A stretch of 64,000 bases of DNA, taken from positions 33,852,001 to 33,916,000 of the forward strand of contig CM022672.1 in assembly GCA_012295275.1 (NCBI GenBank), in the 5' to 3' direction. Under the pieces are notes generated by a model, which saw nothing but the letters and a program-made list of their open reading frames with translations, was not told where the DNA came from and ran no database searches. This stretch comes from Chrysomallon squamiferum (Eukaryota; Animalia; Mollusca). The position numbers were made by a program, and so were the translations under genes. Position 1 is the stretch's first letter; each line of letters starts with the position of its first letter. Positions 14,776 through 28,774 of the stretch are shown one piece after another.

Positions 14776-15399
14776 CACATGTTGATGCATTCACATAATT
14801 GAATAACACCAAACACACATACAGAGCAAAATATACATTCACATGTACATAAATGCTTAACACACACATGCAAACACACAATATATATTTGTGTGTATGT
14901 GAGTGTATATATATATATACACATCAGTGCATAAAAAACCATACACATTCATATTCATATATACATAAAAAACATACACATTCATATTCACACCACAAAA
15001 ATTAATAGCACACACTCACACACACACACACACACACATGAAGCGATATCCAAATTTCATAAAAAACAAAATCATCTTTTTGAGAAGCCACATGGGAAAT
15101 TTTCTGTGACAGCTTCAAGACAAATATTTACATAATTATTACACAGCAGATAAAAATATTTACATAATTGTATCACTGTGTTGTAAAAACAGCTCCCTGA
15201 TATCAACCAGGTACGTATCATAGCAACCAGTACATTTTATTATTACTTTCAGCCAAGCTTGCAACCAATCAAGTTAATTGAAAAATAAATCTTGTACTTG
15301 TTAGGACTGTGTTGTATGTATGAAATAAACTAAACATACCAATTTGAAAAATAAAAACAATCAAAAAAATTTTTTAAAAAAAGAAAGAAGAAATAGAAA

Positions 15400-15444
<45 letters not shown>

Positions 15445-16244
15445 ATATAAATAAATAAATAAAAAATATAAACAAGTAAAATTCAGTATATATATATATA
15501 AAATAAATAAATAAAATTTTAAATATAATAAAATATATGAATATATAAATTGAATAAATAAAATACAATTTAAAACAAAATCAAAGAAATATATGAAATT
15601 TAAGAATATATATACATGAATTAAATAAACAAACTTTTAAGTATATAAAATAAGAAATAAAATAAATGAATATATTAATTAAATAAATAAGTAAACTAAA
15701 AAACAAAAACAATTATAAAAATAAATATATAAATTCAATTAAAAAAATGTTTAAATAATTATATAATAGATACAATGAAACAAAAAAATATATTAATAAT
15801 AAAATAAAGTTTATAACTTAATGGAAACATTCTTTAATTATTAATTTAAAAAAGTACAGCTAGTTAACTTTACAACAAAAAATAAATAAAAAGAAGAAAA
15901 GAATAGAAATGTAATTTGTTCTGTTTAAACTTCAAAAACGAATATTTTCACTTTAAGCTTCAATTTTTCATATATTTTATTCTTTGCATAATAGAGTAGA
16001 AAATACTGTAAAGCCTGAAATTATTTGAGTTTTAGCATAGCATCAAGTTACATGCTTATAATGCTTAGGTCTAAATGAATATTTTATTTTATGGGACTTG
16101 CAATATGATATAGAAGTGGTATGTTCTGATGTGATTAATATATGAGTCACTGGTAGAAGAATTTAATATTTAATATAACTGATATTGTATGGCAGTGTTA
16201 GATAAACCAAAAAACCCACAAAAAACAGTTTGATTTATGATTTG

Positions 16245-16530
16245 CTTCAAAAATATTTTATAAATTATTACTCATATTTGTATAACACGTTATAAAATTT
16301 TCACTTTTTATTTTTTTTTTTTATCAAGTATTCAGTTATTTGTAATTTAAAGCTTGAAATATTTTATTAATTATTTTTTTTAATTAGTGATTCAGTCATA
16401 TTTGTAAAGTTTGAAGTTAAAATAACTTTAGTACTTTCTTTTCAATCAGTGATTGTTATATTTGTAATAGTTTGAAATTGAAATAACCAGTTTTTTTTAT
16501 CAGTCGTACAGTCATATTTAAAGTTATTTT
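16245..16530. repeat. Degenerate ~60 bp minisatellite
   Basis: tcagtgattcagtcatatttgtaa..tttgaa-like units recur 4-5 times. Confidence 0.55.
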
Positions 16531-17074
16531 TATGGTGTACGTGTTTTTTTTTATTGCTGTTGTTGTTGTTTGGTTTTCTTGTTTTAGGGGTGTTTTTTTG
16601 TTTTTCTTTCTGACCTAGATCAAATATTATTGAATGTAGCTAATTTCTTCCCCCAGTCTGACACCCTGAAGTTCATGGGATCGCGTCTTAGTCACTGATC
16701 TTTCACTGCTAGACATAATCTGTCCTTTCATATCTAACACACTAACACACTAACACGTAACTGACAAAACTCTGAGCTCTGGTGGAAGAATTTTCACTGG
16801 CTGTAAGTTACATTTCAAACTCATAGAGTCCAAATAAGATTACCTGTAAGCTCAGTTTAAATAGGAAGTAAACTAGATTACTTTAATCACGTTAATAACT
16901 TAGAATGAACTATAATGACATTAACTATTCCTTGAGTGGGTCTTACAAAATGCTGTGGAGGGTTTTAGGCTTAATGGGGGGGTTAGAGAACAGTTCTGAG
17001 AGGTCAAAGGTCAATGAATGAATTGATAAATTAGCCTCTAAGCACTTGTTAGGTCAGTTACCCGTTACAGCAAG

Positions 17075-17200
17075 CTCTCAGTCACTGGTTTATCAAAGTC
17101 CATGGTATGTGCTGTTGTTTCTGTGGGAAGGTATGTACAAACAATTACTTTCTGCTAACTGAAAAAGAGTAGCCAATGAAATGGCAGCTATGAGTTTTGG
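17075..17200 (+). mobile_element. Degenerate SINE remnant, V-domain-like core
   Basis: actggtttatcaaagtccatggtatgtgctgttgtttctgtgggaagg...tgctaactgaaaaagagtagccaatgaaatggcagc resembles my recollection of the V-SINE core. A second copy in this window at ~21490 shares catggtatgtgctgtt. Confidence 0.6.
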
Positions 17201-17353
17201 TTCATTATTTTTTCTAAAAGATAAAGACAAATTAACACATCAAACTGCAAATAGATGAATAGCAGTTGTGATAAATAAATACTTGAAAATCAATTACTGA
17301 TGATTAATGAGTTCCAGTGGTTAAACTAATTCAGGCAATTTATTATATTATTA

Positions 17354-17419
<66 letters not shown>

Positions 17420-18660
17420 AATAGCTTAAACAAATATTTGGCAATTTTTTTTTTTTTTTATAAAAGATGTTTGCTGTTCAAAAAATGATTGTAGAAAATT
17501 TATCACTTCCAGTTTTGCTGTGGGGAAAATGTTTATCATTCAGTAGCTGATGATTAGAAAATAAATAAAAATGTTAAAACTGCAGTTACAATACTTCCTG
17601 GTTTCATAAAACCAGTAACAGTGCTGTGAGGCTATTACACTCTGACTTCATTGAACTGGCTGGCTGGTAGTTGACATAGTAAGTTTTCATTTTATCTGTA
17701 AACAGCTGATGTCTGCAGCCTGGAACCAGCTGTAGCAGCAGGCACATCAACTGTCTGCCCCAGGCTTCACAGGCTGTGGGATCAATTCCACCTTTTGTCA
17801 GCAGACTGTGTAGATCTCTCAGTCTGTTTGTGTGTGTGTATACAACAGATGTCTGCTTACAAAATATATTTTTCAAACAGTGCCTGTTAGAACAGTTTCC
17901 CCCTCGATTTGAGTCCACAGTTTTATTTCTCACACATCTGTTTCTTGTACCACACTGCCTGATCCAGTGAGAATATTTTATTATTAAAGATTGATTTTTT
18001 TTTTTTTATTTGTTTCACCTTGTTTATGGGGGAGATGTGTGTAAACCTCTCCCTGCTGTTGTTACTTAATGAGTAGCCATGTGCAATGTTGATACATGGT
18101 CCAAGTCTCTGAATGACCTCCAAGTTTATAATTTCACAAAAAGAAAAATAATAATAATTTAAGGTCAACAGACTTTACTGAAATCTTTCTTCAAGGTTTT
18201 TCTATTCCATTTGATGTACATATGAAGTTAAGAGATTGTTTTTTTTTTGGACTTGTTTTTTTTATGAAGAAAACTGGTGTTCATGTGAAGTTAGGATGTT
18301 TTTTTGTTTGGACTTGTTTGTTCTGAATAAGGAAAACTTGTGGAGTTTTAACCCTGTGAATGATTTCCTCGATAAACTGTTAAAAAGGTCACCAACTCCT
18401 TTGCACTTCAGAGTAAGATTAAATTTTTTTTTTTTTTTTTTTTTTTTTTTCAATGTTAATTTAATATTTTAAATAAATTCAAAAATAATTCAGTCATGTA
18501 AAAGTCTGTCACATTTTTTTTTATAAAAATAAGTAAATAAATAAATAAATAAATAAATAAATTAATAAATAATTAAATAAACAATTAAACAAATAAATAA
18601 ATAAATAATTAAATAAATAAAATAAACTAATAAATAATAATAAATAAATAAGTAAACAAG

Positions 18661-18695
<35 letters not shown>

Positions 18696-19139
18696 ACAAA
18701 CAAACAAACAAACAAATAAACAAACAAACAAGCAAACAAACAAATTAAAATAAATAAAAAATAAATAAAAAAATAAATAAATAAGCAAAACAAACAGTTT
18801 TGTGTTATTGTTTCTTCAAACTCCCCTCTCATCTTTTTGCGTTTTGTAACATCTGAGGCCTTCATGACTTGGAGATTTATCTCACCTGTCATTTATGCTG
18901 ATGTTTAACTATTTATAAACCTTCCATTGTTACCTTACACACATTTTACTGAACCATCTCGCAGAACAAAGAAATTTCCATGACAAAACAGACAGAGTTG
19001 CGTTACATACAGAATGTATCAGATTTGAAGACAACAGGATTGTGTTTTTCAAATGTGCCATGTGCTGTGTTATATTTCATTTGTTTTGGTCCTGTCGCAT
19101 ATTCTCTCAGGCTTGGAAACAAACCGAACTCAGAGCATT

Positions 19140-19640
19140 GTGTTTAACTATACAGTAGTGTGGTGTTACATATTTCTGTTATGTAGATGTAAGATATCTG
19201 TGTTATGTGTCAGTGTGTGATATATCTTTTTTTATTAATGCACAGTGTGAGGTTTTTTTGGATGATTTTTTTTTTGTGGTTTTTTTTTTGTAGTTTGGAT
19301 GTTACTTATTTCTTGTTAATGTATATATAATATCTCTGTAATTATATATCAGTGTGATTCACCTTTTTAAAATATTGCATTGCTCTGACTTGCAGTTTTT
19401 ATCAAAAAAACTGTATAATAGGGTGTTGCATATTTCTGTTAGTGTACATGAGGTATATCTCTGATATATGGTAAGTGTAAGCTATCTTTGTTCAATAATG
19501 CTTTGTGTAATTTAGTATATTTAAGTTTTTATAAATTTAGGTATTTATTATTTCTGTTAGTGTATGTGTACTATATCTATGACTATATATATAACTGTGT
19601 GATATAACTTTTTATAATACAGAATTGTGTGATTCCATGC
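19140..19640. repeat. Old degenerate tandem repeat, ~120-140 bp period
   Basis: atatttctgtta..gtat..gt..atatct..g units occur at ~19170, ~19310, ~19430 and ~19550. Confidence 0.5.
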
Positions 19641-20058
19641 TAACAAAGCCCTAGAGGACAAAACAAACACTGACAAACAAACTACTCTGTTTTATTACAA
19701 TTTAATTATTGTGCATCCATCCCTGCATGTGCATAATCGAGTGCATGAACAAAAACACAAGCTCTGTTTTCTATTTTTCTGTCACTAATGATTCAAGCAG
19801 CTTCATTCACTTGCAAGCAGACATGTGCATGCACACAAATGCACACACACACACACTGAATCTGTTTCATTTCTGTATGCTGTTTTGTTTCTCCAATACA
19901 TACAGACACACACACACACAGACAAACTCAAACACATACAGACACACATATAAATGTACGGACACACACACACAGTTAACTTTCTTATATGCTTTTTTTC
20001 TCTCTCCTATCACCTTCTCTTTCTCTATCTTTGTCTTCAGACACTCACACACACACAA

Positions 20059-20116
<58 letters not shown>

Positions 20117-20685
20117 GATGAATGTAGGGGTACCAACACATGACCAGTGTAATGAAACCAAGAATAGTCTCTGATTGTGTTCCCTTCTGATACACACCAG
20201 TCTTTCTCTGTGTACTTCTAGTTGTCTTGCACATTAGGTAATTAATGGCTTCAAGACTTCTAGGTCTGGATTCAGAGACACAGAGAGAGAGAGATACAGC
20301 TTCTATAGACTAACAGGTCAAAGAGATAAAGTTTGTTACTTGATGCCAGATGCCGAATGATTCAAAGTGTTAGCTCATGTAATACTGGGATATCTTCTAA
20401 CAGTGACAAGCAAGCTGCGTCATCATGTCTATATCTGTGTGTTTCTTCATGTCTTTACAACTCACATTTATTTATTGACACTTTATAGTTATAGTTTCTG
20501 ACTAATGTTGTCTACTAACTAATGATGTAGCTATATCATTTACTGATATTAACTGCATCAATTAATATATCTTGGCATTAATTAATGAGTTAAGATCATT
20601 AATATATAATTTGAGGACATTGTTTAGATATGTCATTTATGGTTAATAAATAATCTTAGCCACTATGGACACCAGTTATTTCAGG

Positions 20686-20768
20686 ACACTACAGACATAT
20701 TATGTGAATACACTACAGACATTATGTGAAGATAGTACAGACATATGCTGTGTGAAGAGAGTACAGAC
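20686..20768. repeat. ~22-26 bp minisatellite, 4 copies (ac(t)acagacatattatgtgaa)
   Basis: tacagac..tgtgaa is repeated. Confidence 0.7.
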
Positions 20769-21062
20769 CTGGCAAACAATGTTCAGTTGTATTCATCCTG
20801 TTTAAGTTCACCTTGTACGATCTCTCTACTTCATCTTTTTCACTTGACATCTGTCTGCTGTTTATACATGTAGACAGCTTTTATATATACACACACATAT
20901 ATATGTACACACACACACACTTGAGCGAGAGAGAGAATCTGAGAGTTCAAGAGTGAGAGAGAACATCATTTATAACAATATAAAGGTTTTTGTAAAAAAA
21001 TGAAGCACAGACACACACTCACTCTTGCATTCTTGCATATGTTTATAGATGCCCATTATAAT

Positions 21063-21111
<49 letters not shown>

Positions 21112-21484
21112 TAATTTATAATAACATAATATTTTTGAAAAAGAAAGGTTAATAGACACATATGCACATAAACATATTTTTTTTATTCATCACATGATTA
21201 ATTTGCAAGCTTAATAAGAACTATAACTGATTCATTATTACTACTGCTGCTGCTGCTGCTGTTGTTGTTGTTGTTGCTTTTTGGTTGTTTATGTTTTTAT
21301 TACCATTAAATGGATGGTGGTTATGAACCAAACCATTTTATTACATAAATACTAATAATCATTGATGTCTGTGATGATGATGATGATCTTGGTGATGATC
21401 AGATGATAAATGATCTTGATGAGGCATCAAACGTCACTGTTACATTTTTCTGCCTGTCTCTACATTCTACATTTTCCCTTCATA

Positions 21485-21570
21485 CCAGCTGCTCATTAAA
21501 GTACATGGTATGTGCTGTTCTGTGTAAGTGAATACAGAAGATAATTTACTAATAAGGAAAATTTGATGTG
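21485..21570 (+). mobile_element. Second, more decayed SINE-core fragment
   Basis: aaagtacatggtatgtgctgtt matches 17095-17116 apart from one base. Confidence 0.45.
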
Positions 21571-21776
21571 TATAAAGACTTTCACAGTGACTGCAATCAA
21601 TAATATAAAATAAAATAAAATAACTGTAAGACCTTCTTTTTTTTTTAACATAGATTAAAATAAAAGATAAAAATAAAATAAAATAAATCTTATCTGTGAT
21701 ATTAGTTATATTTCATTATTAAAAATAACACACATGTCTTCTTGTCAATTATTAAAGAGAAACAACTATTGTTAGT

Positions 21777-21871
21777 GTCACTATGGAAACAATTTCTTTT
21801 TCTATTATTATTTACAACAAAGTGTTTTTCACGTAAGATGAACATCATTCAATAACCAGTTGCTAGGTGAC
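21777..21871. promoter_or_regulatory. Pair of RFX X-box-like motifs
   Basis: GTCACTATGGAAAC (21777-21790) and GTTGCTAGGTGAC (21859-21871) both fit the RFX imperfect palindrome and lie in non-repetitive DNA. Confidence 0.45.
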
Positions 21872-22647
21872 GCTGTCAGCTGACCTTTCCCAAGTTTCTC
21901 TTCGGTTACAGAAGAAGTTGTTGCAGATGTCACAGTAAACTGCTCACCACCCAATCCTACAAAGAAAGTCAAAACGTTTTGTTACAGCAGTTTGGCAAAT
22001 GCTTGCTTTGCTAGTTAAGTCGTGAATTCATTAAGGTCAAGCGAACTTGTGTATGTTTTGAATAAAATATGAGAAAGTGGTTTTCTCTTTCTAACCAGGG
22101 CTGTTCTGTTCAGGGGACAAAGCATAGGGGAGGTAGGTGACATAAGGTGGCGACATAACAAATATATGCCATGACTGATGGTAAGGAATATAAAAAATAT
22201 ATATATATTAGTGAGTAAATATATGGGTGTGGGGTTTGTTCTAGGAGTGGGGGTTGGTGGGGGTAGGGGGATGTTAATTTTTTTGTCTCTACCATTAAGT
22301 AATTAAGACTTGCACCTGAGAAATCTATTTGTGATGAATCTATATATTGATCAAACTGTTTTGTCGTGCTGTTTTAGTTGTGTTTTGTGTGTGTGTCTGT
22401 GTCAGTGTGTGACTGTGTCTGGAAGTATATTGTTTATAGATCTTCATCTTCTTCACTACATTTGTCTTCTTCTTCTTCTTCATGTATATATTTGTACCCT
22501 GAACATTTGAAGCAGGTACAATTTGCTGGGGTTCGGAACAAAGGTAAATTAAATGAATTTATGTGTCAGTATGTTTTTTTAAATAATAATTACGATTTAA
22601 ATGAGTTTTTAATCATTAGAGATGACAGCAGTAAAGGAGATTTTATA

Positions 22648-22728
<81 letters not shown>

Positions 22729-23524
22729 GATCATTATGACCCATGATGAAATAGAAACATCATTTAAAACAAATATATAATTTTCTAAATGTAGAGTAAT
22801 CACTATTTTGATATATTTTTCTCACTTTTATATGATCAATCAAACTCAGAAATTTTTCATTGACTGCCTTTTTTCTTAAAGAAATACTTTAAAACAAATA
22901 AATTAAGAAAATGTGTAGACAAATGTGACTATTAAAAAAATTTTTTTTTATATAAATCAGTGGAGACATTTTTATTTCTTGCTTTATTTGTTTTTAATAT
23001 GTTATAAATCACTTTTGAAAAGCTTGTTCCCATTATTGTGTAACATAAATAACTTTTCTACAAAATAGTGGGGAAAAATATGTTGTTAGCATTATTTTAT
23101 TAGGATATTATAAATAATCATTTCTATGGAAACACTGGGGGAAAGTCTGTTGCTAGCTTTATTTCATTAGGTTATTATAAATAATATTTTCTGTGAAACA
23201 GAGAAGATTTTTTGGTTTTTTGCTACCTTTATCAGTATGACATCAAACAATGTTAATCCTTTCAGTGATTAGCAAAATCTGCAAACACCAACAACACTAA
23301 CAGAATTTGTGACCATGTGATCAACACTTCTATGCAGGTCAATTGGATTATCACCTGGGATTAGTGCTAATCTCTTTAACAGGCAGATAAACACAAGAGG
23401 GGTGGTGTGAAAAAGAATTTCTCTGTGTGTGGAATATTTCAGTAATCAAAAAACATCAAATGTTCTGCTTTGTGTAAAATATATATATATATATATCTTT
23501 TTATTTAACACACCCATACACACA

Positions 23525-23860
23525 AAAGTTATTAATGTGACTATTATCATAAAGACTTGGGGTGACTATTACTTGACTATTAATGTCACTATTATTATAA
23601 AGACTTGGGGGGTGGCTGTTACTAAAGTTATTAATGTGACTATTATGAAGTCTTTGTATGTCTCTTATTTGACTATTAATGTAACTGTAGTCTGTATATA
23701 ATAAATACTTGGTTGACTATTCATAAATTTAGTAACGTGAATACTATCATGAAGATTTGACTATTACATGACTAAAGTTATTGAGGTGGCTATTATAAAG
23801 ACTTCAGAAATATATAATGACTGCAATAATTAATTGATGAGACTTTATTATTACATTAAC
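23525..23860. repeat. Minisatellite (ttattaatgtgactattat..aaagacttggggtgact)
   Basis: Multiple copies are visible. The spurious ORF at 23429 shows the repeated peptide INVTIIIKTWG. Confidence 0.75.
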
Positions 23861-26297
23861 ATTATTCAAATGACAGTATGAACAGTTATAAACAGTTATA
23901 AATGAGGTATTCAACACCTGATTATTCTCTGGGGTTTTTTTATTTGTTTTTATTGGTACAGAGATTACTGGTATGCTATTTTAAATTAGCAGTCAGTGTC
24001 ACCTTGTGAAATATTTGCAATAAAATTTAAACCTTTATTGCCGTGTGGTTTAGTGCTGATCTCCTGACAGGGCCTGAAGCTGTTAATACAGGTAGTTTGA
24101 TACCTGTCAACAAGAACAGAACTATAAACCTACCTGCTAGAGGCAGGCACTGTTAAATGTTTGATCAGTCCTATAGCAGCCTTTCAGCTGGAAGATATCT
24201 CTGTATAACCTTTCTTTTGTTGTCAAGTACAGCCGGCAAAGTGCCACCGATAGATACGTAATTTATATCACATGCAGTAATGCGATAACTAACTGTATGT
24301 TACGTCCAAATGTATGTATTCATAAATTACTACTTTCTCTCTTTCTTTTTCTGTCACTGTCTCTGTTCATCTGTCTATCTGTCTCTGTATCTATTTTATA
24401 ATTATCTGTCTATCCATATCTATATTTATATATCTATCTATCCTTATCTATATCTATTCCTATCTCTCTCTCTATATATATTGTTTTATTGTTGTTGTTG
24501 ATTATATATATATATATATTTAGTGTTGATTTTATATATATATATATATATATATTTTAAGTACTAATTGATTAGAAATAAATAACTAATAGTACAATCT
24601 GAAAATTACAAATTCTGAAATATAATTTTAAAAATAACATTCAGAAGAGTTGTCTTCTCATTTTGCCAGGGTAATTCACTTTAGTAACATGTTAATTAAT
24701 AACTTTCTGTTACATAACACTGGGAATTTTATTAACATTAAATATCACATATTAATTACCTTGACACATAACATCGGTATCTAATGGCAGCTGGATCAGT
24801 AACCAGTGATATATTATTTAGTTTGAGTAGTTTCTTTACATACCTGTTGTATACACGATTCTTTCATTTACACTGTTTTGTTACAGTTTTTATAAATTAT
24901 TTTATACAATTTTTAGTGTCATGTCATGTTATTTTTCCATATGAAAACAGAAGATATATTGTTAAATATTTTTAAAATTATGTATAATGTAGAGGATGCA
25001 TTTATTTACAAAGTTTTGGTTATAGTTGTTAAAAGCGTAATAATATATTTAAGTACAAAACTGAAGATTTTGTTGGTATATATATATTTTTATTTATTTA
25101 ATAATTAAAAACCCCAAACCTGTATAATGTTTATGACATTGTACAACTAAACTTTCTTTTTTCTGTCAGTCTGTGTTTATTCTCATGTTTCATTGACTGT
25201 TCATTAAACGAGGGAGTTAATGGTTTTGCAACATTCATTCCGAAATTATTCTTTCTACTGGTAACTAATTAAATAAATATTTTATCAGCAGGGTGACTTT
25301 GTGAAAAGGAAGTATTTTATCAGGAAAACACTGACACAAAATTTGAGTAATTACTTTTCAATGTAGAACTAATTAATTTTCTGCAGAAAATAGCTTGAAA
25401 TGAATAAACCACTGACATTGTTCATGAAAAAAAAAAAAAAAAAAAAATGTTTTATGTTGTCTGAATAATTATTTTATTGTTTTGCTTATGGGAATCCATT
25501 TGGATTAAAAATATGGTTAAAATAAATTTGTAAAAATGTGTCATGGCTTTTGAATGCAGTTTTTTTTTTCACTGAAAATGTTTTTAAAATTTTAGTTTTT
25601 TTAAAAATGTAGCTGTTTTATACATGTAGTTGGTCACGTCTTGGTAATTTTGTATTGATTAAACTGACAAAAAGGAAATGATTAATATTGATTTTGTGGC
25701 AGTTTAACAGGTGATATTTATAGATAGATTTGTTACACAAATTACTAATTATTTGCAGGTTTTGTTAATGAAAATTGTTATTGTGTGTTTCGGTTTTTCT
25801 GTCTGATATTTTATCTCGGATTATTGAGTTATTTTATTTTATTTGATGTTTATTTATTGTTTATTTATTTATTAATTAATTAATTTATTATTAGTAGTAG
25901 TAGTTGTGGTAGTAGTAGTAGTAGTAGTAATAGTACTACTACTACTACTGTTATTACTATTATCATCATCATGATGGATTATTATTAGTACTACTACAAC
26001 TACTACTACTATTATTACTACTTACTACTATTATTATTATCATAACTTCAACTGTCATCATAATGGACATCACTATTAATGTTATTGTCATTATCATTGT
26101 CATTTGTGTTGTTCTTTATGTATGAAGCAGAAATAAAATAAAACAATAAATAAATAAATAAATAAATAAATAAAATAAAATGGCTATAATACAACTCCAT
26201 CATGGATTATCTTTAAGAGGAATTCCTGCACAAACTATAACAACAACAAAAAATATTTAAAACTCTTTATTTTATTAATTTTATTTTTCTCTCACAG

Positions 26298-27498
26298 ATG
26301 CGTGATGACTCTGCACCAGACTCACAGACGAGGATGGAGAAGCAGCTGAAGGAGGCCCACCACGCCCTGCACCTCACCCAGACCCGTTTCCACGACTACC
26401 AGGTGAAAACCAACCTGCTGGTGACGTCACTGAAGTCGCGGCTGTACAAGAAAGACGATGCGCTGCGCTGGCAGCAGCAGCAGCAGGAGCAGCAGACGAA
26501 GAGGATCGTGTCTCATCTGCTCTTCCTCGAGGGTCAGCTGCGCAGGGAGCAGAGGCAGATCCTTCGTCTCCTGGAGGAGAAAGAGCTCCTCATCAGACAG
26601 CAGAGGCTGGAGATTGACCAGCTGGCCACGGACAAGATGAAGCTGCTGACAGCGCTGAAACAGTTCCACATTCCCGTCGGCAGCAACGGCGTGCACGGCA
26701 ACAGGCTGGTGGTTGTCCCGGTGAGAAGGAGGAGGAGGAGGAGCTGCCGCTGTTGAAGCCACTGAAGCCTGTGTCGGACGTCGACCGCAACCGCGCCCAC
26801 AAGAAGAGGTTCACGGAGATGCGCGAGCGACTTCGGCGCCACCGCAGCAGCTTTGAGCTGCACAGCCCCGAGCCGCTGGAGACGCTGGAGGAGGGCGCAC
26901 TGCGCTACGGCAGCCAGGACAACCTCACGTCGAGCGGTTGTCGTGGTGACGCGCTGCGGGAGCGCAGGCTCAGCGCCGTGCAGGAATGAAAGGCCACGCA
27001 GCCTCACCGAGCTCCCGTCCAGAATCACCGAGTACCCGCTGTTGGAACTGCACAAAGAGGACGACCTGAAAATAGAGGACCTGGAGATCGGGAGGAGGGG
27101 GGGGGGGGGGGGGGGGACAGCAGGGACGACGACATTTTCCAGAACGGCGACAGTTCGCCCGGCGGCTGACGAAGTCGAGCACTGTGCCCGAGGAAATGTC
27201 GCAGATCGCCGCCGTGAACGGTCAGAACGGGAAAAACAGTAAGAACAAACCGAGGCCTCTGTCTGAGCCGAACCTCGGCCCAGTTCTGGTGGAGAAAAGT
27301 GGGAAGTCTCCCGTTAAGACGGCTCCCCCTGTACACAGCTCAGGGGAGACAAATCCGTTCAAAAGTATAAAGACGATGCTGAGGCGCAAAGGGAGCAAGA
27401 GCAAGAACAAGAAGAGGTCTTCGTCTCTGCCCCAGGGTACCAACCAGGAGTATTACGAGGCTCTGAAAAAACATTTCGACAAGTACGATCTGTCCTGA
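26298..27498 (+). CDS. Terminal coding exon of an uncharacterised coiled-coil protein with a disordered, basic C-terminus; interrupted by 3-4 single-base indels
   Basis: Acceptor ttatttttctctcacag|ATG and strong GC3-rich codon bias. A heptad-like segment reads EQQTKRIVSHLLFLEGQLRREQRQILRLLEEKELLIRQQRLEIDQL. The coding-like frame switches at ~26700, ~26985, the poly-G at 27097-27116 and probably ~27163. It ends YYEALKKHFDKYDLS-TGA at 27498. Confidence 0.75.
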
Positions 27499-27724
27499 AA
27501 GTTATTTCCCATTACAATAATGAACTAACATTAACGATAACAATAACAATAATAATGTTTGTTTCTGTCTCATTGTGTTTTAATACAAATCTTTGAAAAA
27601 ATTATATTTTGAAAAACAGATGTGATTTGTCTCAAAATTTATTTTTTGTGTTATAGGAACAAGAATTTGAATCTCTTACTGTATAAAACTGTGCTTTTTT
27701 GTTTTTTAAATCAGTCTGCTGTTG

Positions 27725-27768
<44 letters not shown>

Positions 27769-28171
27769 GTTATTATTATTTTTATTATTATTATTAACAT
27801 TAATTTATTATTATTAGTATTGTTATTACTGTTTGATTATTATTTACTTATTTTATACTTATTTTAATATTTTAATTATCTTTTTATATTTATTTATTTT
27901 TTTATTACCTTTTACTTTTTTTTTAAACTAGTCTAAAAGATTTGAAGTGCTTCATGTTATTATTAAATATTCTTTATATTCATAATGTATCATATTATTA
28001 TTATTATTATTCCTTATTTTTTCCTTATTATTATTATTATTTACAAGTCATACAAATTCTGGTCAAAATGTTAACACACTTTAAATCAGAACACTAATTA
28101 ATCTTTATATATAATTATTTCTGTTTCAAAACATATAAAACATTTACATATATATATATATAACCTTTGAT

Positions 28172-28216
<45 letters not shown>

Positions 28217-28739
28217 TATATAGATACAGATATATAAAACCGTTTGATCTAAATGACCTTTAAGTTACTCCACAATTTCAAAACATCAAGGGGATGTTAT
28301 AATCAGAGCAATAAAATGATTCTTAATTACTTCTATTTGAGAACTTCGCCTGAAGCCACTTTACTCTTGTTGACCTAAATTAGCTGATGGTTGTGATTGT
28401 ACACACTGTCACTGATCTGAATTACCTGACTGTTAAAGCTCTGAAATTAACCACTCTGTGTTAAGTCTCTGTGTTACCCATGTTCTGTGAAAACTGCAAA
28501 GTGCCTTTGTCAGCTATAATGTCACTGATTCTATTTAACACTTGTGTAGCTTCCATGAGAGAGAACAAGAGAATGATGAGAAACATTGAAATGTTCTCTC
28601 TAGATCATTTAGTAATAGGCATCCAGCTTGGAAAAAATTTAAAATAAATAAATATAAAGGATAATAAAAATAATGATAATAATAATAATAACTCAATAAA
28701 AATATACATGAAGGACATTATTTTTGCCTGTTTTTTTAA

Positions 28740-28774
<35 letters not shown>

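Noticed and set aside
26985-26990. TGA as selenocysteine/readthrough or a programmed frameshift site
   Set aside because: The coding signal continues in a different frame, there is no slippery heptamer, and several other indels occur in the same exon. A sequence error is simpler.
26427-27443. Minus-strand and alternate-frame ORFs over the coiled-coil exon
   Set aside because: They are shadows of GC3-rich coding sequence, with no independent splice signals or homology.
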